Part shown: piece after piece, positions 49,610 through 57,267 of the stretch
Position numbering within the stretch: the stretch's first letter is position 1
Layout: every line of letters begins with the position of its first letter
IMG/VR virus record: IMGVR_UViG_3300032295_003347
Source of the DNA: an uncultured virus (IMG/VR IMGVR_UViG_3300032295_003347)
Taxonomy: Duplodnaviria > Heunggongvirae > Uroviricota > Caudoviricetes
DNA length: 64,000 bases
Reading direction: 5' to 3' (one strand)
Made by a program: the position numbers and the translations under genes
Notes under the pieces: model-generated
What the model was told of the DNA's origin: nothing
Seen by the model: only the letters and a program-made list of their open reading frames with translations
Database searches by the model: none

Positions 49610-49682
49610 TACCTGGCGTCGGATTCGAACCGACACTGAACGGAGCTTAAATCCGTGGCCTCTTCCGTTGGGCTAGCCAGGC
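49610..49682 (-). tRNA. tRNA-Leu(UAA), short variable arm, no encoded CCA
   Basis: GCCTGGC/GCCAGGT acceptor, ACGGA-TTTAAGC-TCCGT anticodon arm, GTCGG-TTCGAAT-CCGAC T arm. Confidence 0.85.
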
Positions 49683-49891
49683 TCACTTGGACTTACATCA
49701 ATTGATGTTGACTGCCAAGTGTGGTCTCGTGGCAATACCTCTAAACCGTATTGCCAACTGTCGTAGTCATCCTCATTGCGAGGATCCTGCTCACCAATCA
49801 ATACATAATCAGGTGTGCCATGAGTATGTATGTACTCACCAAGATTGGCAAGTGCTTGTGCCAGGAGTTGGTCGTCGGTGTACTCAGTCAT
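49673..49891 (-). CDS. Hypothetical protein (stop codon lies inside tRNA 5' end)
   Basis: 72-aa ORF. Confidence 0.55.
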   Translation of the reverse strand: MTEYTDDQLLAQALANLGEYIHTHGTPDYVLIGEQDPRNEDDYDSWQYGLEVLPRDHTWQSTSIDVSPSEPG

Positions 49892-50009
49892 AGATAAATG
49901 CCAGCCCTAGTATCGAGGCTAAGGCTGGCAAGCCTGTGCGGGCTAGACAGACTCTAGCGCATCTGCTTGAAGTTTCAACGCTTTGCCAAAATGTCCAGGA
50001 CGTGTGACA

Positions 50010-50258
50010 TCAGTCGTTATCTACTGGGAGTAGTTCCCAGTCAGGGTTGAGCAGAGCAAGATAATCGCAGAAGCCATCTTCGTCAAGAGGGATTTGTTCT
50101 CCCTCATCCAGTTCGAAGCTTGTTCTGCATAGTGCAGGAGCGTACTCATCAGGGTCGAGGTAAGTCGACTTATGGATGAGACGCATGTCGTCAACCACTG
50201 CTGTAACTGTGACATTGTAACCGTCAATGAGTGTGTGTTCAATAGCAAGGACTTGCAT
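50010..50258 (-). CDS. Hypothetical protein
   Basis: DPDEYAPALC. Confidence 0.6.
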   Translation of the reverse strand: MQVLAIEHTLIDGYNVTVTAVVDDMRLIHKSTYLDPDEYAPALCRTSFELDEGEQIPLDEDGFCDYLALLNPDWELLPVDND

Positions 50259-50261
50259 GAG

Positions 50262-50459
50262 CTACACCTGTGTGAGTTGCTTGACTTGGGCAAACTGACC
50301 TTGAGGTCCATACTTCTGGACAAGGTCAGGGAATGCATCAAGCAAACGCTGCCGATTCTGTGGATCAGCAAAGCGTAGTGCTTGTGCAATTGAGGATACG
50401 AATGATCCACCATAGGTGTCCATACGGGCAATCATGGCGTGGAGTTCGGTCGGGTTCAT
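50262..50459 (-). CDS. Conserved small phage protein
   Basis: YGGSFV..IA.A...AD..N..RL..AFP.L..KY. Confidence 0.65.
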   Translation of the reverse strand: MNPTELHAMIARMDTYGGSFVSSIAQALRFADPQNRQRLLDAFPDLVQKYGPQGQFAQVKQLTQV

Positions 50460-50480
50460 GAGATGAAGTTGAGTTGGACT

Positions 50481-50507
50481 GGATGAGTTTAAGGACATCC
50501 CAGGTCC
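50481..50507 (-). promoter_or_regulatory. Family B element, copy 5
   Basis: GGAC-CTGGGAT-GTCC-TTAAAC-TCATCC. Confidence 0.6.
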
Positions 50508-50512
50508 ATTGA

Positions 50513-50710
50513 TCAGAACAACTTGATGTTACGTTTGCTCAAGCCTGTACCAGGCAATGAGATAGATCCACGTACACCAGATTCTTTGGCGTTAAGTGTT
50601 ACCTGGAACGGACCAAGTTGAATTGATTTGGTGAATGATTTAATACCACGCTCGGTTATGTTAAACCCAGCGATGGTCTTATCAAAATTGATGGGTGATT
50701 TGTCAGTCAT
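50513..50710 (-). CDS. DUF4236-like small protein
   Basis: SGVRGSISLPGTGLS. Confidence 0.55.
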   Translation of the reverse strand: MTDKSPINFDKTIAGFNITERGIKSFTKSIQLGPFQVTLNAKESGVRGSISLPGTGLSKRNIKLF

Positions 50711-51029
50711 CGAGTTGCTCCAGCGCGCATCGGATAAGAGAAAGATCTAAACCATACCATCGGCCATCGCAGTCGTGGGTTGGAACACGATCAAGCATTT
50801 CTAGCGCCTGCTCCTTCAAGCTTGGTGGCTTGGGACGTCGGGCGTCACGGAGCCTGTTACCACCGCTGTACATGTATTGGACTTCATTACAGCACTCCTT
50901 CAACTCCTGGTCAGCACCCCATTGTGCTGCTTGGGTAGCAAGAGTTAAGCCTCGATCAAGAGGTGAGTTGGAATGCCATTGTTCCACTAAGTCCGGCGGT
51001 GGGGTGATGGGATGTTGTTGGTTAGTCAT
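50703..51029 (-). CDS. HPITPP-family paralogue 3
   Basis: HPITPPP, AAQWGADQELKECC, RRPKPPSLKEQA, IRCALEQLDD. Confidence 0.75.
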   Translation of the reverse strand: MTNQQHPITPPPDLVEQWHSNSPLDRGLTLATQAAQWGADQELKECCNEVQYMYSGGNRLRDARRPKPPSLKEQALEMLDRVPTHDCDGRWYGLDLSLIRCALEQLDD

Positions 51030-51232
51030 CGAGTTGATTCTTCAATTTGTTTAACTGCTTTGAAATCATCTTGAGTCATCTGTGAATAAATGTATTCACA
51101 AAATTCATCATCAAATGACAAGATGTCAATCAATACAATTGCACGATGCTTGTCATGTTCAGTTAATGCCGTGTGTGGATGAGCAACAATACGTGTTACT
51201 CTGTCAAGAATTGATTGGTACCTTTCAGTCAT
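51026..51232 (-). CDS. Hypothetical protein
   Basis: Coupled ORF. Confidence 0.55.
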   Translation of the reverse strand: MTERYQSILDRVTRIVAHPHTALTEHDKHRAIVLIDILSFDDEFCEYIYSQMTQDDFKAVKQIEESTR

Positions 51233-51527
51233 CGTAGGAATCTGTGTGATGGAGTACAAACTTCAAGTCAAGATACTCGGCAGTATCTTCATCTTTGGGA
51301 TGGTATGTAGCTACAAAACCACCACTGCCAACTTGTTTCTCAGCAATGCATTCACGTAGCAAAACACGTGCCATTGCTTTAAGTCTGGGCAGTGTTGGAA
51401 CCGCATACCCATTACCTTCTGTTGTTGCCCATTGCCAGTCAAGTGCTGACATAGCAATGTGCACTCTTTCAAAGTTGAACTTACCAATGATTTCATCAAT
51501 CATTGATTCATGTACTGACTTAGTCAT
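51225..51527 (-). CDS. Conserved hypothetical phage protein
   Basis: IDEI...FNFERVH..M..LDW.W ... SGGF. Confidence 0.65.
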   Translation of the reverse strand: MTKSVHESMIDEIIGKFNFERVHIAMSALDWQWATTEGNGYAVPTLPRLKAMARVLLRECIAEKQVGSGGFVATYHPKDEDTAEYLDLKFVLHHTDSYDD

Positions 51528-51727
51528 TTGAGGTTGTCAGGTAGAAGGGCTTGGGCATCTTCATCATCCATATTTGTCATGATGAATTTTTGTCCATCGG
51601 GGGAGATGAATCCCCCGATGAAACCAACCCCATGTTTATCAGCTGATTCTTTCATCTTGGCTACAAGCTGCATAGCTTGTAGACGCTGGAGATCAACTGA
51701 GTCTGGAATGCGAATGCTGTCGGACAT
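51524..51727 (-). CDS. Hypothetical protein
   Basis: 67-aa coupled ORF. Confidence 0.6.
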   Translation of the reverse strand: MSDSIRIPDSVDLQRLQAMQLVAKMKESADKHGVGFIGGFISPDGQKFIMTNMDDEDAQALLPDNLK

Positions 51728-51832
51728 GGTGTGGTGTCAAGTGGGATCTGAGTGTGGTCACGGCAAGTCTACCAGGTGGCAGCAAGCCATGACCACTGGT
51801 CTTAATGATTCCTTAATGTTGCGGTAGGGCTG

Positions 51833-52120
51833 TTAGCTGTGCAGCTTCTGGTGCTGACGCCATGCTTCTTCAAGCATCTCCTTGGATGACAGTGGTGGTT
51901 CACTGCCATAGCCAAGGTCTTCATCTGTTGGTTCCCATTCAAGTTCATTCTCAAGCATGGGAATGATCTCGTCATTTAGTAGAGAGAGCATGGATGGAGT
52001 CAGGTGTTGATCCATTTCATGTCTCTTGCTCTCACGTTGGGACATAGCTTGAAGTTCTTCAAGAATGTCTGTGAGTTTGTGGTACTCGTTAAGATTGGGT
52101 TGACGATAGGTAGGTGTCAT
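51833..52120 (-). CDS. Hypothetical protein
   Basis: RESKR..MDQHLT block shared with 52767-53132. Confidence 0.65.
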   Translation of the reverse strand: MTPTYRQPNLNEYHKLTDILEELQAMSQRESKRHEMDQHLTPSMLSLLNDEIIPMLENELEWEPTDEDLGYGSEPPLSSKEMLEEAWRQHQKLHS

Positions 52121-52276
52121 GTCTTGGGTTGGTAAGTGAATGAATGGTGTGTAGTACAGAGGTATTTCTTATAAATTAAGGTGCACCTCTGGTACTTCTT
52201 GCGGGGGGCAGGGGGTAGGCCAGTAGTTATCTGGCAATACCACCTGTCTTATTATGTTAAATAAAGGATTTAAACA

Positions 52277-52468
52277 ATGCAGTTAGCTGGTAAGTACGCA
52301 CAACAAGCCTCTGTCTCTGACGTTGTTAAGCTTGCTAAAACAATGATGCCTGGCAAACAACTTGCAGCAGGCGATCAAGAAAGTGAACTTGTTGCACGAT
52401 TAGTTTCTGCATCAATGAAGTTAGGGTTAGATCCTGGAACTGTGGTACAACAAGTGGTAGGCCAGTAG
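52277..52468 (+). CDS. Hypothetical protein, inverted relative to neighbours
   Basis: AAGGA RBS; stop codon lies in family D repeat 2. Confidence 0.6.
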   Translation: MQLAGKYAQQASVSDVVKLAKTMMPGKQLAAGDQESELVARLVSASMKLGLDPGTVVQQVVGQ

Positions 52469-52493
52469 TTATCTGGCAATACCCTTGATGAGT

Positions 52494-52700
52494 TTAAAAA
52501 CAGTTGTGAGGCGTACCTAGTTCTTTAGTCAATTGCTCAAAGGAATAATTAACTCTTGTGCCGTTAACAATTGTGTACATGTTATGGCTGCCATAAGTTG
52601 TACGCAATTCAGTTATCTTATCTTCTGGTATAGCTAGAAGATGAGGTCTACCATCTGAAGTAACTTGAGTGGTTTTGAAAACAAAAATTCTTTGTGGCAT
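52494..52700 (-). CDS. Hypothetical protein
   Basis: MPQRIF start after family D repeat 3. Confidence 0.55.
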   Translation of the reverse strand: MPQRIFVFKTTQVTSDGRPHLLAIPEDKITELRTTYGSHNMYTIVNGTRVNYSFEQLTKELGTPHNCF

Positions 52701-52766
52701 TGTGTTAATTGCGTTGAGCTTAGATGGGTAGGCCAATAGTTATCTGGCAATACCCTGGTACTTACT

Positions 52767-53132
52767 TCATTTGTTGTAGTCTAATACTTTTTCAAGCATG
52801 TCAATAATATCTAAGACAACCTTTGAGGTTTCTGAGGTTAGATGTTGGTCTAGCATGGAACGCTTTGCTTCACGTGCAGTGACATTCTTAAGGATAGACC
52901 GTGCCTCTTCTAGGTGCACATATTCATTCTGATGTATCTCAAACTTAACTAACAATGCTTCTACTTCTGCTAATGCAACAGGTCCAATATGCTTTATGTT
53001 CAAAATATTCTTTGGCTCAAGGTTGATAATGTCTTGAATAGTGTTCAAGCCACCTCGGTACAAAGCGCATTTTGTCCTCATACTCAGATTAGGACAATCA
53101 ATAATTTCTGTTTGTAAAGTACAGAGTTTCAT
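52767..53132 (-). CDS. RNA polymerase alpha-CTD-like domain protein
   Basis: LSMRTKCAL.R.GL.TIQDI.......IL.IKHIGPVAL.EV...L. Confidence 0.75.
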   Translation of the reverse strand: MKLCTLQTEIIDCPNLSMRTKCALYRGGLNTIQDIINLEPKNILNIKHIGPVALAEVEALLVKFEIHQNEYVHLEEARSILKNVTAREAKRSMLDQHLTSETSKVVLDIIDMLEKVLDYNK

Positions 53133-53161
53133 GGTTAAGTAAAGTCAGGTTAGTTTGAATC

Positions 53162-53198
53162 CTGGGACTTACACCACATAAGATGTGTGGATGCCCAG
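53162..53198 (-). promoter_or_regulatory. Family A internal-loop hairpin, copy 2
   Basis: CTGGGC-ATCC-(13 nt)-GG-TGTAA-GTCCCAG. Confidence 0.55.
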
Positions 53199-53274
53199 GG
53201 TTGATGCTGGTACCTACTATTCGCTATTCGCAAATAGCGAATGTCATCATAACGCTAGTGTTATGTGAGGTAGG

Positions 53275-53634
53275 TTAGATCAATCCGAGAATCCTAAGCC
53301 AGCTGTCGGGATGATCTGGTTCGACTTCGTCTCCACAGGGAGTGAGGCAGATGTTATCGAATGTGTACTCCTCGATCTCTTCGTTGGTTGGAATGTCGTA
53401 CCATCCTTCGAGGTCTTCCTTGTCCTGCGCTGAGTAGTTGCCACCGGCTGGGATCCAGTAGCAACAGAGGACTCCACGCTTGGTTCGGAAGACGTTACCA
53501 GTGCAGGCGATGGCGCCTTTCGGTGCGTCTTGGAAGTCTGCGTAGGCTTGGTACTGTTCTGAAGCTTCGTCTGGACCACAGGGTTCGTAGCCGAAAGCTT
53601 CTGCGATGAGCAGTTGTTCAGGTTGAAGAGACAT
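53275..53634 (-). CDS. Hypothetical protein
   Basis: C-terminal TPCGDEVEPDHPDSWL..LGLI. Confidence 0.65.
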   Translation of the reverse strand: MSLQPEQLLIAEAFGYEPCGPDEASEQYQAYADFQDAPKGAIACTGNVFRTKRGVLCCYWIPAGGNYSAQDKEDLEGWYDIPTNEEIEEYTFDNICLTPCGDEVEPDHPDSWLRILGLI

Positions 53635-53907
53635 GAGATGAGATCTCCGATGAGTGTGATTGAGATTGAGATGAGTGTGATGAAGAGAATGATTGGGTCT
53701 TCATCCCACACTTCAGTGCGTTGAATTGATTTGGCCATGGTCAGTCACCTTGGTAAGTAAGTGGATGTTCAACTAGAATCCATTCTTCTTGATTGGATTC
53801 AAACATTGCTTGCTCCTGTTCATAGGCAAGGTCTGCCATAGCATCAAGCAAGTCAGCGTTGTAGTTCTGATCAAGTTCAGTCATGGTCTGAGTTGAGATG
53901 GAACGGT

Positions 53908-53934
53908 GAGCAGTTTAACGTCTTACTCAGGACG
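53908..53934 (-). promoter_or_regulatory. Family B element, copy 6
   Basis: CGTC-CTGAGTAA-GACG-TTAAAC-TGCTC. Confidence 0.7.
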
Positions 53935-54026
53935 TGAGTAGGATCACCCCATTGTGGGGTGATTGATAGTACGGAGGTACTTCTTCTACTTGGAATCCTA
54001 ATAACCGTTGTTTATCAAGAAAACAA

Positions 54027-54242
54027 CTAAGCCTCTTCCTCCTTAACAGCCTTTACCTGTGGTGCTGGCTGTTGCAGAGGGGGCCGGGGGGTTGAATCAA
54101 AGATGATGCCACTAGTCTTAGTCGGAATACCAATGGTTACATCTGTTCCATCCTTGGAGATGGAGATAATAACCTTGTTGTTCCTGGTAATCACTGAGAC
54201 GTGATCAGGGTTGGCAACATCAAATTGATTGAGGAGTTCCAT
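54027..54242 (-). CDS. Hypothetical protein
   Basis: 71-aa ORF with CAACTCC leader. Confidence 0.55.
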   Translation of the reverse strand: MELLNQFDVANPDHVSVITRNNKVIISISKDGTDVTIGIPTKTSGIIFDSTPRPPLQQPAPQVKAVKEEEA

Positions 54243-54340
54243 GGAGTTGGGTTGGTACGGGATTAGGTTACATGCTGGTTGCTAGCTATGCAACAACGCA
54301 TGTGGTGTGGTGCTAAAGCGGTACGCTACCTATGGTGTGA

Positions 54341-54763
54341 CTACAGGTAGAGGGTCTCGACCTTGACGATTCCCTTGTGAGATTTGCGCTGTCCTCTACG
54401 AACAGCGCGTAAGTGACCGTCGTGATAACCATTGTCTCGTGCCCAGGTGTCAAGTGAATAAATGATTTCTGTTCTGCCATCCTTCCACGTAATGCGGTGG
54501 TGTTTGGCAGTTGCAACGCAATCATTATTCTCCTTGGACTTTTGAATATGACAGGGCTTGCAAATTATTTGGCACTTTAATGCTTCTTCATAGCAGCGTT
54601 TAAAGCCATTAGAAGTAGCTAGTTCTCCAACCGCTGCAACTTTCGTAGCAAAATCAATGTGATCAAAATGCAAATCCTCGGTAGCTCCGCACTTAACGCA
54701 CTTGTTTCCAAATGCTATCCGGAGCTTATCCATTCGTTTCCGGTACTGAGATAATTCAGTCAT
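54341..54763 (-). CDS. HNH endonuclease
   Basis: CVKCG...LHFDHID ... KCQIICKPCH. Confidence 0.8.
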   Translation of the reverse strand: MTELSQYRKRMDKLRIAFGNKCVKCGATEDLHFDHIDFATKVAAVGELATSNGFKRCYEEALKCQIICKPCHIQKSKENNDCVATAKHHRITWKDGRTEIIYSLDTWARDNGYHDGHLRAVRRGQRKSHKGIVKVETLYL

Positions 54764-55101
54764 TACAAATATAAATATTGGCCAGCCCAGTCTGCTTTCT
54801 CTAGGCACCTAGCAAATGATGCGTCATCTAATAGCTGGTACCTGGCATGTTTCGCTGGTGCTTTCCATGAGGCAGGCTTGTATACAGTCCCTGTTTGCCT
54901 TGCAACAAATGCATGGACTGACCTGCCTTCACGTTCACAACCAGGGTTGCAGACGTGGATGATCTTGTAGTACTTAACGCCTCGCACAATTTCATATGTG
55001 CAAACGCGTTCGTACTGTTCATAGAAGTGATCTTGTAATGCATCGCAGAGTTCCTGGATGCGGTCTTCGATCAACTTGGTGTTAGCGCTGAGCGTTGTCA
55101 T
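54763..55101 (-). CDS. Conserved phage early protein
   Basis: KYYKII...RSVHAFV...TG.VYKPASWKAPAK.ARY.L. Confidence 0.7.
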   Translation of the reverse strand: MTTLSANTKLIEDRIQELCDALQDHFYEQYERVCTYEIVRGVKYYKIIHVCNPGCEREGRSVHAFVARQTGTVYKPASWKAPAKHARYQLLDDASFARCLEKADWAGQYLYL

Positions 55102-55279
55102 AGTGTTGAGTAGGAGTTGGGTTTGTGATGTCCATGCCGACCAGTGCACCTGCGGTGAGTGCGGCAATGATTAGTGTCAGGGCTGCCACGCAGATCTTAC
55201 TAAGTCGAGTCTCATTACAAGACTTATAAGAATCGAGGTGGACAAATCGCCCTGGTGACAGACGTACTGTGTGCTTCAT
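55082..55279 (-). CDS. Small membrane protein
   Basis: TM segment ICVAALTLIIAALTAGALVG. Confidence 0.55.
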   Translation of the reverse strand: MKHTVRLSPGRFVHLDSYKSCNETRLSKICVAALTLIIAALTAGALVGMDITNPTPTQHYDNAQR

Positions 55280-55540
55280 TCAGTTGGCTGCAAGTATGTA
55301 CTTAACGCATGCGTAGCTTGGTACTACGTAATCAGTAGGAATTTCGTGCTGATAGTACCATTCACCTTTGCAGTCAATAGATATGCAAGAGTTTTGAGTG
55401 ACAAGCTGTAGTGCTTTGGCGCCTGTTGTGCACCAAATCATGTAGACATTCGTGTCAAACAGTAGATAGTAATCATCCTGTTTGATGTCAAACTCTTTGA
55501 GTGCAGCTTGAATTTGAGCGTGGTCAAGTGTAACTGGCAT
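55280..55540 (-). CDS. Hypothetical protein
   Basis: MPVTLD start after family C repeat. Confidence 0.55.
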   Translation of the reverse strand: MPVTLDHAQIQAALKEFDIKQDDYYLLFDTNVYMIWCTTGAKALQLVTQNSCISIDCKGEWYYQHEIPTDYVVPSYACVKYILAAN

Positions 55541-55565
55541 GGTTATGCAGTTGGGTTGAGTGTGT

Positions 55566-56013
55566 GCAGACGGTGAGGTCTGCAGAAAAGGGCCGAAGCC
55601 CCTTAGTGCAAACGTCATCGAATAAAATACTTCCTTGAATCGGGGAAAATATATTCTTCATGTTCCATAGTCTTTGGGTTCCAACGTGTGTAATCAATGC
55701 CAATCCTATCCTCTAACATAGTTGTTTCTCGCTGAGCTAATTCATCAGCCATTTGAACCAATGACCTTGGATTAATTGGCAGCTGAAGATCACGTAATTC
55801 TTCCTTGGCTCGCTGAGCAAGCACAGGAAGATTGAATTGTAGTTTGTACTTGGCACGCAAAGGTGCAAGTAGTGCAGACTCGGCTACACCTTGTGTTAAT
55901 GATAAAAACTTTCCAGCAATGTTCATTGTGTAGTTAACCTGCTAAGTTGATTTTAATCGAAGCAGACGGTGAGGTCTGCAGAAAAGGGCCGAAGCCCCTT
56001 AGTGCAAACGTCA
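55566..56013. repeat. Two identical 52-bp structured direct repeats (family C) at 55566-55617 and 55962-56013
   Basis: GCAGACGGTGAGGTCTGCAGAAAAGGGCCGAAGCCCCTTAGTGCAAACGTCA. Confidence 0.95.
55615..55926 (-). CDS. Hypothetical protein between family C repeats
   Basis: 103-aa ORF; stop TGA is the first triplet of the repeat. Confidence 0.6.
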   Translation of the reverse strand: MNIAGKFLSLTQGVAESALLAPLRAKYKLQFNLPVLAQRAKEELRDLQLPINPRSLVQMADELAQRETTMLEDRIGIDYTRWNPKTMEHEEYIFPDSRKYFIR

Positions 56014-56199
56014 GAGTGTACGTTTATCCAGGCAATAATACTTATCGCCCAACACAAGATCTTTCATGTAGACAAGCTGATGCCCTGCTTTCGCTGGGCA
56101 GTGCTCGATATGATAATTGTTCAGAAGCTTCTGTACTCCAACACAGAGCAGTAAACCTGCTCCTGTGCCTAGAAGATAGGGTAGTACGCAGTCTTTCAT
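56011..56199 (-). CDS. Small membrane protein
   Basis: MKDCVLPYLLGTGAGLLLCVGVQK; stop in repeat. Confidence 0.55.
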   Translation of the reverse strand: MKDCVLPYLLGTGAGLLLCVGVQKLLNNYHIEHCPAKAGHQLVYMKDLVLGDKYYCLDKRTL

Positions 56200-56200
56200 G

Positions 56201-56422
56201 TCAGGAAGGTTGAGCGATGCTTTGGTAGTAGTCAGACATAGCAATGACAAGTTCCTTGGTCCTACATGGGATACCTCCCATGAGTGTCTGGGATTCACGG
56301 TCGATCCAATCAGGATCTCCCTTGTAGTCATCTACTTGCACCTGGTAGTGGAGCATGGTTGATTCCCCACCATGCCAGGTGATGCGCTCAGTCGCGCCTT
56401 CGTAGGGATAATAGCAGAGCAT
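56201..56422 (-). CDS. Hypothetical protein
   Basis: 73-aa ORF with CAACTCA leader. Confidence 0.55.
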   Translation of the reverse strand: MLCYYPYEGATERITWHGGESTMLHYQVQVDDYKGDPDWIDRESQTLMGGIPCRTKELVIAMSDYYQSIAQPS

Positions 56423-56503
56423 TGAGTTGAGCTCGGTAGGTTTGATAACAGGATGTTGAGTCCTGTTGAGGGGACCGTAGTCCCCAGAGCAGGAGTCAGT
56501 TGA

Positions 56504-56662
56504 TCACTTAGTTGGATACTTAGCTTGTTTCGGCATGATCATATTGGCCAGCATGACGCGACCAACAGTGATTGCTTTGCCAATCTTCTCCTTGCTACGG
56601 TCTTGTTCCAAAGCCTTGGCAGCTTTGTTGAGACCAGATGCGACGGATTTACGGATGGACAT
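56504..56662 (-). CDS. Small basic protein
   Basis: MSIRKSVASG start after element E4. Confidence 0.55.
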   Translation of the reverse strand: MSIRKSVASGLNKAAKALEQDRSKEKIGKAITVGRVMLANMIMPKQAKYPTK

Positions 56663-56738
56663 GTTGCGTTGGATGACCACTCTCAGTGAGTGGTAATAAC
56701 TGGACCAGGGTTTGCACCTGGTCACCCGCTTAGACGGA

Positions 56739-56906
56739 TCAGTTGTCAGTAACCAGCATTTGCACTGGTACTGCAGAGATGATGTAATGTTCATCATCAA
56801 GGTCATCTACTGAACGCACATAATGCTCAGCAGCTTCCCTGGTACCGTACACTCCACAGAAGTGAGAAGCGTACGGATCTTCAAGCATGACAACGTAAAC
56901 GTTCAT
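56739..56906 (-). CDS. Hypothetical protein (55 aa)
   Basis: Read manually: MNVYVVMLEDPYASHFCGVYGTREAAEHYV... Confidence 0.6.
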   Translation of the reverse strand: MNVYVVMLEDPYASHFCGVYGTREAAEHYVRSVDDLDDEHYIISAVPVQMLVTDN

Positions 56907-56991
56907 GACTTGACCTAAACTGTGCGGTGCCTATCTCCGCTGGAGGCAATACTGAGTGGAGGGTTTGACCCTCCGGCATCACGCCTGGTAC

Positions 56992-57183
56992 TCAGTTAGT
57001 CTTGTATCCGTTAGCTGCGCACCAGGCCATGTGGACCTCGTGTGCTTGCTTAGGCCAATCGTGGCTAGCACATTGCTTTGCTGTCGCTTGATCTAGTTGA
57101 TGGATCGTCACTTGCGTGCTGATCCCAACTAGTATCGCTGCGCCACAGATGATTGGAGCTACGTCGGGGAATTGATACTTCAT
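56992..57183 (-). CDS. Small membrane/secreted-type protein
   Basis: TM helix; QC.SHDWP...H..H.AWC..NGY. Confidence 0.65.
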   Translation of the reverse strand: MKYQFPDVAPIICGAAILVGISTQVTIHQLDQATAKQCASHDWPKQAHEVHMAWCAANGYKTN

Positions 57184-57267
57184 GGTGTTGAGTTGATGTG
57201 CGGTACCCATCTCCGCTGAGGGTAATGACTGGGCAGGGGTTTGCACCCTGCCTCCCGCTTAAACGGA

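Larger units (their letters stand above)
52214..52754. repeat. Three 28-bp hairpin-forming direct repeats (family D) at 52214, 52456, 52727
   Basis: GGTAGGCCAGTAGTTATCTGGCAATACC, one mismatch in copy 3. Confidence 0.9.

Noticed and set aside
37910..51029. Diversity-generating retroelement behind the HPITPP paralogues
   Set aside because: No reverse transcriptase, and differences are block replacements rather than adenine-specific substitutions
52214..52754. Family D repeats as a CRISPR array
   Set aside because: Intervals are over 200 bp and contain whole ORFs; no cas operon (the PD-(D/E)XK nuclease looks like a typical phage exonuclease)
53219..53242. 10-bp palindrome ATTCGCTATT-CGCA-AATAGCGAAT
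   Set aside because: Single copy; could be an operator or terminator but has no supporting pattern
37366..53934. Family B as pistol ribozyme or preQ1-I riboswitch
   Set aside because: Shares only the stem plus TTAAA linker; lacks pistol P2/P3 and the preQ1 loop and A-tail consensus
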